A stretch of 24,000 nt of DNA. It comes from Acidimicrobiaceae bacterium. Lineage in GTDB: Bacteria; Actinomycetota; Acidimicrobiia; Acidimicrobiales; RAAP-2. Made by a program: the position numbers and the translations under genes. How positions within the stretch are numbered: the first letter of the stretch is position 1; the number at the start of each line of letters is the position of its first letter. This document shows positions 15,785 to 23,300 of the stretch, piece by piece. The notes beneath the pieces were generated by a model that saw only the letters and a list, made by a program, of their open reading frames with translations, made no database searches and was not told where the DNA came from. The stretch is taken from contig DAHUZS010000140.1 of the NCBI GenBank assembly GCA_027315045.1, forward strand, positions 1 to 24,000. The letters are read 5' to 3'.

Positions 15785-16782
15785 CCCACGAGCCCGAGCC
15801 GACGGACGTCGGCCCGCTCGCCCTCCAGCTCCTCGGTGGTCAGGCGGATCCGCTCGGCCGCGAAATCGTCGTGGGTGAGGCCCTCGACCACCCGGAAGCC
15901 GCCGGAGCCGTCGGCGACCACCGGGAACCCGAACTGCAGACCCTCGGGGGTGCCGTACTCGCCCCGGCTCGCCACCGCGACCGAGAACCAGTCGCCTCCC
16001 GGGGTGGGGGTGGTGAGCGACCGGACGGTGTCGACGACGGCGTTGGCGGCCGAGGCGGCCGACGACAGCCCTCGAGCCTCGATGATGGCCGCACCCCGCT
16101 TCTGGACCGTCGTCAGGAACTCGCCCCGCAGCCAGTCGTGCTCCGCGATGACCTCAGGGGCCGGAGCCCCGCTGATGCGGGCGTGGGCGAAGTCGGGGAA
16201 CTGCGTGGCCGAGTGGTTCCCCCAGATCGCCATGTTGGTGACGTCGGCCACCGGGACCCCGGCCCGCTTGGCCAGCTGAGACTTGGCCCGGTTCTCGTCC
16301 AGCCGGGTCATGGCGAACCACCGGTCGGCCGGCACGTCGGGGGCGGCGGACCGGGCGATCAGGCAGTTGGTGTTGCAGGGGTTGCCGACCACGAGGACCG
16401 ACACGTCGGCGGCGGCGTTGCCGGCGATGGCCTCGCCCTGGGGTTTGAAGATCCCCCCGTTCACGTTCAACAGGTCGCCGCGCTCCATGCCCGCCTTGCG
16501 GGGGATCGACCCGACGAGCAGGACCCAGTTGGCCCCGTCGAACGCCTCTTTCAGGCTGTCGGTCGCCACGATGCCGGCCAGCAGCGGGAAGGCGCAGTCG
16601 TCGAGCTCCATGACCACGCCCTCGAGCGCCTTCATGGCCGGCTCGATCTCGAGCAGGCGAAGCACGACCGGTTGGTCCGGGCCGAACAGCTGCCCCGACG
16701 CGATCCGGAAGAGCAACGAGTAGCCGATCTGGCCCGCCGCTCCTGTGACGGTGACCTGCAGAGGTGCGCTGCCTTGTGCCAT
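15781..16782 (-). CDS. mdh: Malate dehydrogenase
   Basis: 333 aa. It has the N-terminal [24 protein letters not shown]-binding motif, [13 protein letters not shown] and WGNHS. The Shine-Dalgarno sequence ACAGGAGG lies upstream of the ATG. Confidence 0.95.
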   Translation of the reverse strand: MAQGSAPLQVTVTGAAGQIGYSLLFRIASGQLFGPDQPVVLRLLEIEPAMKALEGVVMELDDCAFPLLAGIVATDSLKEAFDGANWVLLVGSIPRKAGMERGDLLNVNGGIFKPQGEAIAGNAAADVSVLVVGNPCNTNCLIARSAAPDVPADRWFAMTRLDENRAKSQLAKRAGVPVADVTNMAIWGNHSATQFPDFAHARISGAPAPEVIAEHDWLRGEFLTTVQKRGAAIIEARGLSSAASAANAVVDTVRSLTTPTPGGDWFSVAVASRGEYGTPEGLQFGFPVVADGSGGFRVVEGLTHDDFAAERIRLTTEELEGERADVRRLGLVG

Positions 16783-16810
16783 TTGGGGCCTCCTGTGTTG
16801 ACGTGCTCGG

Positions 16811-18007
16811 CTACAGCCTGTCCACGATCGCCGAGGCGAATTCCGAGCACTTCACCTCGGTGGCCCCCTCCATGAGACGCGCGAAGTCGTAGGTCACGAT
16901 CTTGTCGGCGATCGTCGCCTCGAGTGCCTTCACGATGTCGGCGGCGGCGGTGGTCCAGCCCAGGTGCTCGAACATGAGCACCCCCGAGAGCAGGACCGAG
17001 CCCGGGTTCACCTTGTCCTGGCCGGCGTATTTGGGCGCGGTGCCGTGGGTGGCCTCGAACACCCCGTGCCCGGTGACGTAGTTGATGTTCGCCCCCGGGG
17101 CGATGCCGATGCCGCCGACCTGGGCGGCCAGGGCGTCGGAGAGGTAGTCGCCGTTCAGGTTGGTGGTGGCGATGACGTCGAAGTCGGCCGGCCTGGTCAG
17201 CACCTGCTGGAGGGTGATGTCGGCGATGGTGTCCTTCACAAGGAGCCGGTCGCCGGGCTCGCCGTCGCAGTCCTCCCAGCCGACGGCACGGTCGGCGAAC
17301 TCCTCCTTCACCAGCTCATAGCCCCAGCTCCGGAAGGCGCCCTCGGTGAACTTCTGGATGTTGCCCTTGTGCACCAGGGTCACCGAACGCCGGTCGTGGT
17401 CGAGCGCGTAGTTGATGGCCGCCCGGATGAGCCGCTTGGACCCCATCTGCGAGATCGGCTTGATGCCGATGCCCGAGCCCTCCCGGATCGGCCAGCCCAT
17501 CTGGTCCCGGAGGTACTCGGCGAGCTGCTCGGCCTCGGGCGTACCCGCCTCGACCTCGTAGCCGGCGTAGACGTCCTCGGTGTTCTCTCGGAAGATGACC
17601 ATGTCGACGAGCTCGGGACGACGGACCGGTGAGGGCACCCCGGCGAACCAGCGCACCGGCCGCAGGCACACGTAGAGGTCGAGGAGCTGGCGCAGCGCGA
17701 CGTTGAGCGAGCGGATGCCCCCGCCGATCGGGGTGGTGAGCGGGCCCTTGATCCCGATCAGGTGGTCCCTGAAAGCCTCGACCGTCTCGTCGGGGAGCCA
17801 GCTGCCGGTCTCCCGGAACGCCTTCTCACCGGCGAGCACCTCCTTCCAGGAGATGGTGGCGCCCTGCTTGGCCGCCGCCGCGTCGAGGACCAGCCGGGCG
17901 GCCGGCCAGATGTCGACCCCGGTGCCGTCCCCCTCGATGAAGGGGATGATCGGCTCGGGCGGGACGGACAGGACGCCGTCAGCGCCCATTTTGATCTTCT
18001 CTGCCAT
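16811..18007 (-). CDS. icd: NADP-dependent isocitrate dehydrogenase (homodimeric type)
   Basis: 398 aa. Motifs are [59 protein letters not shown] and [12 protein letters not shown]. An AGGAG Shine-Dalgarno sequence lies upstream. Confidence 0.95.
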   Translation of the reverse strand: MAEKIKMGADGVLSVPPEPIIPFIEGDGTGVDIWPAARLVLDAAAAKQGATISWKEVLAGEKAFRETGSWLPDETVEAFRDHLIGIKGPLTTPIGGGIRSLNVALRQLLDLYVCLRPVRWFAGVPSPVRRPELVDMVIFRENTEDVYAGYEVEAGTPEAEQLAEYLRDQMGWPIREGSGIGIKPISQMGSKRLIRAAINYALDHDRRSVTLVHKGNIQKFTEGAFRSWGYELVKEEFADRAVGWEDCDGEPGDRLLVKDTIADITLQQVLTRPADFDVIATTNLNGDYLSDALAAQVGGIGIAPGANINYVTGHGVFEATHGTAPKYAGQDKVNPGSVLLSGVLMFEHLGWTTAAADIVKALEATIADKIVTYDFARLMEGATEVKCSEFASAIVDRL

Positions 18008-18030
18008 GGTTCTGCTCCTAGGTCACATCG

Positions 18031-18050
18031 CGCCGACGCGCAAGTCGGCG
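18031..18050 (-). terminator. Short GC hairpin between metF and icd (possible terminator, attenuator or processing site)
   Basis: CGCCGAC (18031-18037), a 6-nt loop, then GTCGGCG (18044-18050). No U tract. Confidence 0.3.
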
Positions 18051-18064
18051 GTCCGCCACGTCGC

Positions 18065-18946
18065 TCACCCCGTCCCGGCGCGGCTCAAGTCGGGGGCGAG
18101 CCCCAGGGACAGGTAGATGTCGCGGGTCGCGCGGCTCTGGTTGAGCGTGTAGAAGTGCAGGCCCGGAGCCCCGGCGGCGAGCAACGCCCGGCACAGCTCG
18201 GTGGCCAGCTCCACGCCGCGTCGGCGCACGGCGTCGGAGCCGCCCGCCGCGTCGGCCTCGGCCAGCGCGCTGGTCATCCACTCGGGCACCGCCGCCCCCA
18301 TCTCGGCCATACGGGGAATCGAGCGCATCGAGGTGACCGGCATGATGCCCGGGAGGACCGGCTTGTCGATCCCCCGCCCGGCCATGTCGGCCACGAGCCC
18401 CAGGTACTCGTCCAGTTCGAAGAAGAACTGGGTGATGGCAAAGTCGGCCCGCGTCAGCTTCTCGGCCAGGTGGTCTCGGTCCGACACCAGGTCGGGCGAG
18501 GCCGGGTGGCCCGCCGGGTGGGCGGCCACCCCGATGGCGAAGCCCCCGATGGCCCGGGCCAACTCGACCAGCTCGACGGCGTGGGCGAGCTCCCGAGGTG
18601 CCCTGGCGTCGTCGGTCGGGTCACCCCCGAGGGCGAGCACGTTCTCGATCCCGGCCTTGCGCAGCGAAACCAGGATCTCGGCCAGCTCGAGACGGGTGTG
18701 GGCCACACACACCAGGTGGGCCATCGGCGCCAGGGCGGAGGTGTGGAGCATCCCGGTGACGAGGTCCTGGGTCCGTTGGCGGGACTCGGCCCCGCCGCGG
18801 TAGGTGACCGAGACGAAGGAGGGGCCGAGCGGCTGGAGCTCGAGCAGGGTCCGGGAGAGCACCAGGAGCTCCCGGTCGCTCTTGGGCGGGAAGAACTCGA
18901 ACGAGTAGGTCGGGCCCGCCGCCAGCAGGTCCGAGATCCTGGTCAC
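18065..18946 (-). CDS. metF: Methylenetetrahydrofolate reductase
   Basis: Motifs are YSFEFFPPKS, FVSVTYRGG, APMAHLVCV and NVLALGGDP. I chose GTG 18946 (VTRISDLL...) because the track extension to 19093 is R/G/P-rich and overlaps the folD 3' end. Confidence 0.88.
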   Translation of the reverse strand: MTRISDLLAAGPTYSFEFFPPKSDRELLVLSRTLLELQPLGPSFVSVTYRGGAESRQRTQDLVTGMLHTSALAPMAHLVCVAHTRLELAEILVSLRKAGIENVLALGGDPTDDARAPRELAHAVELVELARAIGGFAIGVAAHPAGHPASPDLVSDRDHLAEKLTRADFAITQFFFELDEYLGLVADMAGRGIDKPVLPGIMPVTSMRSIPRMAEMGAAVPEWMTSALAEADAAGGSDAVRRRGVELATELCRALLAAGAPGLHFYTLNQSRATRDIYLSLGLAPDLSRAGTG

Positions 18947-19005
18947 GGCCCCCAGCGTAGGCCGGGCCGAGCCCCTGGCCGCCCGGGGGGAACCGGCATC
19001 GCGAC

Positions 19006-19857
19006 TCAGGCCTCCTCGGCCGCCCGGAGGGCGTTGCGCAGCAGCATGGCCCGGGTCATCGGCCCGACGCCCCCGAGGCGGGGGGTGATCCACCCGGCCA
19101 CCTCGGCCACGTCCTCGGCCACGTCCGAGAGGACCTTGCGGCCCGCCCAGCTGGTCCCAGCGCCGACCACCGCGGCACCCGGCCTCACCATGTCCTTGGT
19201 GACCAAGCCGGCCGACCCGGCCGCCGCCACCACGATGTCGGCCCGTCGCACGTGCTCGGCCAAGTCGGGGACCCCGGTGTGGACCACGGTGACCGCCGCG
19301 TTGCAGCCCGGCCGCTTGAGCGCGAGCAGGAGGGCCAGCGGGCGCCCGATGGTGAGACCCCGGCCGATGATCACGACGTGGCGGCCCTCGACCGGAACGT
19401 CGTAGGCGTGGAGCAGCTCAAGGATGCCGGCGGGGGTGCAGGGCAGCGGCCCCGGGGCCCCCATCACCAGGCGTCCCAGGTTCACCGGTTGGAGGCCGTC
19501 GACGTCCTTGTCCGGCTCGACACCGAGGAGGACGCGCTCCTCGTCGAGGTGGGCCGGCAGCGGCACCTGGACCAAGAAGGCGTCCACCGCCGGGTCCGAG
19601 TTGAACCGCTCGACCGCCTCCTCCACCTCGCGCTGGGTCGCCGTCGCCTCGAGGTGCTGGTGGAAGGAGGCCATGCCGACCTCGGTCGAATCCTGGTGCT
19701 TCATCGCCACGTAGCGGGCGCTCGGCACGTCGTCGCCAACCAGGATGGTCCCGAGCCCGACCCGCCGCCCCACGGCCGCCAACTCGGCCGTGCGCGCCGC
19801 CACCTCGGCCCGGACCCGGGCCGCGACCGCTTCGCCGTCGAGGACGATCGCGCTCAC
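19006..19857 (-). CDS. folD: Bifunctional methylenetetrahydrofolate dehydrogenase / methenyl-THF cyclohydrolase
   Basis: 283 aa. Motifs are LGTILVGDDVPSARYVAMKHQ, DAFLVQVPLP, PCTPAGILELL and VVIIGRGLTIGRPLALLL. Confidence 0.93.
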   Translation of the reverse strand: MSAIVLDGEAVAARVRAEVAARTAELAAVGRRVGLGTILVGDDVPSARYVAMKHQDSTEVGMASFHQHLEATATQREVEEAVERFNSDPAVDAFLVQVPLPAHLDEERVLLGVEPDKDVDGLQPVNLGRLVMGAPGPLPCTPAGILELLHAYDVPVEGRHVVIIGRGLTIGRPLALLLALKRPGCNAAVTVVHTGVPDLAEHVRRADIVVAAAGSAGLVTKDMVRPGAAVVGAGTSWAGRKVLSDVAEDVAEVAGWITPRLGGVGPMTRAMLLRNALRAAEEA

Positions 19858-19906
19858 CGACTCGTCCCGCCGGTCCGCCGGCGCCCGACGCCTGGGCGTC
19901 GCGGGG

Positions 19907-21412
19907 TCAATGGCGGAAGTGGCGCTCGCCCGTCGCCACCAGAGCCACCCCGGCGCGGTCGGCGGCCTCGATCACCGCCGGATCGCCCACCGAGCCACCG
20001 GGGTGCACGACGGCGCCGACGCCGGCCGCCGCCAGGACCTCAAGCCCGTCGGGGAAGGGGAAGAAGGCGTCGCTCGCCCCCGCCCCGCCCTTGGCCCGCT
20101 CCTGGGCTCTGCCCACCGCGAGCTCGGCCGCGCCGACCCGCGACGGCTGGCCGGCACCCACGCCGACCAGCTGGCCGCCCGCCACCACCACCACCGCGTT
20201 CGAGGTGCTGCGGGCGCAGACCCGCCAGGCCAGCACCAGGTCCCGCCACTGCTCCTCGGTGGGGGTCGCCCGAGACACCACCTTCCACTCCGCCGGGGGC
20301 ACCACGATACGGTCAGCCTCCTGGACCAGCACCGACGCGCCGATGCTGCGGACCTGGGGGCCAGGAACCTCGGGGGGCGGCGCGGCCAGGAGGCGGGTGG
20401 CCTTGCGCCTGGCCACCAGGCGCGCCCGAGCGTCGTCGTCGAAGGAACGGGCCACGATGACGTCGGCCTGCGGCCCCGCGGTAACGACCTCGGCCACCGC
20501 CAGGTCGACCGGGCCCGACAGAGCCACCACGCCGCCGAACGCCGACACCGGGTCGCCCTCGAGCGCCCGCCGGTAGGCGTCGACGAGGTCACTTGCCACC
20601 GCCGCGCCACACGGGTTGGCGTGCTTGATGATGGCGACGGCCGGTCTCCCGGCGTCGTCGGCCAGCTCGTGCACCAGCCGCCAGGCGGCGTCGGCGTCGA
20701 ACAGGTTGAGGTAGCTGAGCGGGCTGCCGGCCAGCTTGGTCGCCCCGTCCCACCAGCTCGGCCTCCCGACCACCCGGTAGCGGGCACCGTGTTGGTGGGG
20801 GTTCTCCCCGTAGCGGGTGATCTCGGCCCGCTCCAGGGTGAGCGCCAGGGTCTCGGGCAACAGCTCGCCGTGGTCCAGCCAGCTCACGATGGCGGCGTCG
20901 TAGGCGGCGGTGTGGGCGAAGGCCTTGCGGGCCAGCCGCCGCCTCGTCTCTTCGCCGAGCGCGCCGGAGCCCGTGAGCTCGGCCAGGACGGCCGGGTAGT
21001 CGGCCGGGGAGACCACCACACCGACGTGGGCGAAGTTCTTGGCCGCGGCCCGGACCATGGTCGGGCCCCCCACGTCGATCAGCTCGACCGAGGGGTCGGA
21101 GGAGAACGGGTACAGGTTGCACACCACGAGGTCGATGGGCTCGATGCCCTGGCGCTTGAGATCGGCGAGGTGCTCGGGCACCGACCGGTCAGCCAGGATG
21201 CCGCCGTGGATCGCCGGGTGCAGGGTCTTCACCCGCCCCCCCAGGATCTCGGGGGCCCCGGTCACCTCGGCCACCGGGCGATGCGGGATCCCCGCCTCGG
21301 CCAGCGCGGCCGCGGTGTTGCCACTGGCCAGGAGCTCGAACCCGAGGTCGGCCAGGCCCGAAGCCAGCTCCACCAGGCCGGCCTTGTCGTAGACCGACAG
21401 CAGTGCCCTCAT
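19907..21412 (-). CDS. purH: Bifunctional AICAR transformylase / IMP cyclohydrolase
   Basis: ATG 21412 (MRALLSVYDKAGLVELA...) overlaps the purN stop (ATGA, 21409-21412). Motifs are GGRVKTLHP, VVCNLYPF and IIKHANPCG. The 82-codon track extension is Arg/Gly/Pro-rich and is rejected. Confidence 0.95.
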   Translation of the reverse strand: MRALLSVYDKAGLVELASGLADLGFELLASGNTAAALAEAGIPHRPVAEVTGAPEILGGRVKTLHPAIHGGILADRSVPEHLADLKRQGIEPIDLVVCNLYPFSSDPSVELIDVGGPTMVRAAAKNFAHVGVVVSPADYPAVLAELTGSGALGEETRRRLARKAFAHTAAYDAAIVSWLDHGELLPETLALTLERAEITRYGENPHQHGARYRVVGRPSWWDGATKLAGSPLSYLNLFDADAAWRLVHELADDAGRPAVAIIKHANPCGAAVASDLVDAYRRALEGDPVSAFGGVVALSGPVDLAVAEVVTAGPQADVIVARSFDDDARARLVARRKATRLLAAPPPEVPGPQVRSIGASVLVQEADRIVVPPAEWKVVSRATPTEEQWRDLVLAWRVCARSTSNAVVVVAGGQLVGVGAGQPSRVGAAELAVGRAQERAKGGAGASDAFFPFPDGLEVLAAAGVGAVVHPGGSVGDPAVIEAADRAGVALVATGERHFRH

Positions 21413-22005
21413 GCTCCTCCTTCGGCCGGCCCCCCGGCGGTGGCCAGCCGGCCGAGCACGTCGAGCACGGTGTCGGGATAGAGCCGACGCTCGACCGCCT
21501 TGATCCGCTCGTGCAGGGTCCCAACCGTGTCGTCCTCGAGGACCGGCACCGCCTCCTGGGCCAGGATCGGGCCGGCGTCGGTCTCGAGGGTGGCCAGGTG
21601 CACCGTGCACCCGGTTACCCGGACCCCGGCCTCGAGGGCCGCCTCCACCGCGTGCCAACCGGGGAACGCCGGGAGCAGCGCCGGGTGGGTGTTGAGGATC
21701 CGACCGCCGAAGGCGTCGTGGACCGGCTGGTCGAGGACGGTCCCGAACCCGGCCATGGCGACCAGGTCGACCTCAGCCGCCGAGAGGGCCTCGGTCACCG
21801 CCACCGTGTACGACCGGCGGTCGAAGTGGGGCCCGAACCCGCCGAAGTCCCGGCGCTCGACAAGGCGAGCCGGCACCCCGGCGTCCGCCGCCACCTCGAG
21901 CGCGCGGCAGGGGCGGTCCGAGAGGACGAGGGCGACCGGGACGCCCCGGTCGATCATCGCGTCGAGGATCGTCCCGGAGCCCGAAACGAGCACAGCGACG
22001 CGCAC
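21409..22005 (-). CDS. purN: Phosphoribosylglycinamide formyltransferase
   Basis: 198 aa with a GTG start. Motifs are RVAVLVSGSGT, DLVAMAGFGTVL, ILNTHPALLPAFPG and TGCTVH...TDAGPILAQ. Confidence 0.93.
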   Translation of the reverse strand: MRVAVLVSGSGTILDAMIDRGVPVALVLSDRPCRALEVAADAGVPARLVERRDFGGFGPHFDRRSYTVAVTEALSAAEVDLVAMAGFGTVLDQPVHDAFGGRILNTHPALLPAFPGWHAVEAALEAGVRVTGCTVHLATLETDAGPILAQEAVPVLEDDTVGTLHERIKAVERRLYPDTVLDVLGRLATAGGPAEGGA

Positions 22006-22047
22006 GGGCTCACCGTAGTGGTCAAGACCACCCCCCGGGGCCGGGGG

Positions 22048-22803
22048 TCAGGCCATCCGGGCCGGTTCGGCCGCCCGGCGCAGGCTGATGTCGCCGCTCA
22101 GCGTCGCCACCGTCACCGCCAGCGACGGCCGGGCGGTGGGCGGTTCCTCCTCGGCGATCGGGATCTCCGAGGACACCCGGCCCGAGACCGAATCGGCGTC
22201 GACGCGCAGCGCAACCCCCGGGGGCACCCCGACACTCACCGAACCGGAGACCGACTCCACCCGGATCGACCCCGAGGCGCAGTGGGCCATCTCGACCCGC
22301 CCCGAGACGGTGGAGACCCCTGCGTCGCCGACCAGGCGACGCAGGACCACGTCGACCGCAGGTCGGCCCGGGCCGCCGAGCCGACCTCGATGCCACCCGA
22401 AGCCGACTGGGCTCAGATCTCCCCCGACACCGCCCCGAGGGTGATGTCCCCCCTGGCCGTCGCAACCCGGAGGTCCGCCCCCGCCTCGACCAGCGCGATG
22501 GAGCCGCTCGTGGCGTGGAGCGTCGCCCGGCAGGTCCAGTCCCGCACCGAGCAGTGCGGTGATCGCCACCCCCACGTTGCCGATGGAGCGCCGGCCCAAA
22601 CGGCGCCGGGGCACCTGGACCCGGACCAGTCGGCCGTCGGGAGTACAGCTGACCGAATTCGTCTCGGCCAGCTCGGCCGCCTGGCCCTCGCCCTCCACCC
22701 GGACTTGCGTCTCCCCTGCAGCGACGCACTCGACGCTGACCAGCCCGCACTCGTTCTCCACCACGACCCGGACCGGACCGGGGGTCTCGAACCGCTCGTG
22801 CAT
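22048..22803 (-). CDS. DUF4097 (Toastrack-like) beta-strand-repeat protein; the open frame contains a frame-switched central segment
   Basis: 251-aa open frame with GAGGGAG 6 nt upstream of the ATG. The N-terminal third and C-terminal third show DUF4097-like repeats (VSTVSGRVEM, ASGSIRVESVSGSVSVGVPPGVALRVDADSVSGRVSS, ATLSGDISL). The middle part (about 22350-22535) reads as Arg/Gly/Pro-rich junk in this frame, but reads as proper repeats (ATLHATSGSIALVEAGADLRVATARGDITLGAVSGEI) in the +1 frame, which is interrupted by a TGA at 22413-22415. Confidence 0.65.
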   Translation of the reverse strand: MHERFETPGPVRVVVENECGLVSVECVAAGETQVRVEGEGQAAELAETNSVSCTPDGRLVRVQVPRRRLGRRSIGNVGVAITALLGAGLDLPGDAPRHERLHRAGRGGGGPPGCDGQGGHHPRGGVGGDLSPVGFGWHRGRLGGPGRPAVDVVLRRLVGDAGVSTVSGRVEMAHCASGSIRVESVSGSVSVGVPPGVALRVDADSVSGRVSSEIPIAEEEPPTARPSLAVTVATLSGDISLRRAAEPARMA

Positions 22804-22816
22804 CGCTCCCTCGCGC

Positions 22817-23260
22817 TCAGCTCGTGTCGAACCCGTGCAGCCGGGACCGCCCGGACGACCTTGACGGTGGCCGGGACTGGCGCTCCAGCTGGCGCAGGAC
22901 CCACGTGTTCACCGAGAGCCCCTCGGCCGCCGCTCGCGCCTCGATCCGCTGCTTCAGGTCCTCGCTCAGCCGTAGCGTGATCCGGGCGCTCGGCTCGCCG
23001 TCGGCGCCGGTGGCAGGCGAGGGCTCGGCCACGTACGCGAACGACAGGTCGTCGCCGGCCAGCCGGAGCTCGACGTCACCGTCGGGGAGCTCAGCCGAGA
23101 CCTGGGTCGTCGCCTCCGACAGCACGGCCAGCACCAACGAGGTGGTCGCCCGCACGAGCATCGGGGCGAGCCGTCCCGCCGCGTCGGCCACCGGCCCGCC
23201 GAGGTCGGCGACCTCGTCGAGCTCTGCCCTGAGGGCGTCGGCCAGCGACGACAGCTTCAT
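22817..23260 (-). CDS. Ribbon-helix-helix (Arc/CopG/HicB-like) DNA-binding protein with N-terminal helical domain
   Basis: 147 aa with very high GC3. The C-terminal RHH signature is ARITLRLSEDLKQRIEARAAAEGLSVNTWVLRQL. The stop lies 13 nt before the DUF4097 start. I recall this architecture being annotated as HicB-family antitoxin upstream of DUF4097 genes in actinobacteria. Confidence 0.8.
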   Translation of the reverse strand: MKLSSLADALRAELDEVADLGGPVADAAGRLAPMLVRATTSLVLAVLSEATTQVSAELPDGDVELRLAGDDLSFAYVAEPSPATGADGEPSARITLRLSEDLKQRIEARAAAEGLSVNTWVLRQLERQSRPPSRSSGRSRLHGFDTS

Positions 23261-23289
23261 GATGTCATCATGACATCATGAAGCTGTCG
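23249..23289. repeat. Perfect 41-bp palindrome (20-nt arms, 1-nt centre) overlapping the RHH start codon; candidate operator and/or RNA hairpin
   Basis: The left arm is CGACAGCTTCATGATGTCAT (23249-23268), the centre is C at 23269, and the right arm is ATGACATCATGAAGCTGTCG (23270-23289). I checked base by base that the arms are exact reverse complements. The arms are 45% GC. Confidence 0.9.
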
Positions 23290-23300
23290 CCCACAAAAGG

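Noticed and set aside
21413-21658. N-terminal extensions suggested by the ORF track for purH. The same applies to metF 18947..19093, whiB 7132..7269, sdhB 13383..13637, sdhC 10918..10989 and whiB 5178..5711.
   Set aside because: The extensions overlap upstream genes or low-GC leader sequence, have poor third-position GC or junk composition, and the family-typical N-termini begin at the internal starts chosen.
22413-22415. The in-frame TGA in the DUF4097-like frame B as a selenocysteine or programmed read-through codon
   Set aside because: I could not see a SECIS-like context, and the position (GEI-stop-AQSAS) is not a redox motif. Two frame changes flank it. Simple decay of an abandoned frame, or a TGG-to-TGA change, is more parsimonious.
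22817-23260. The RHH protein as a HicB antitoxin of a toxin-antitoxin system
   Set aside because: No HicA-like or other small toxin ORF is adjacent. The downstream partner is a 251-aa beta-repeat protein, so the TA label, common in automated annotation, is not supported here.
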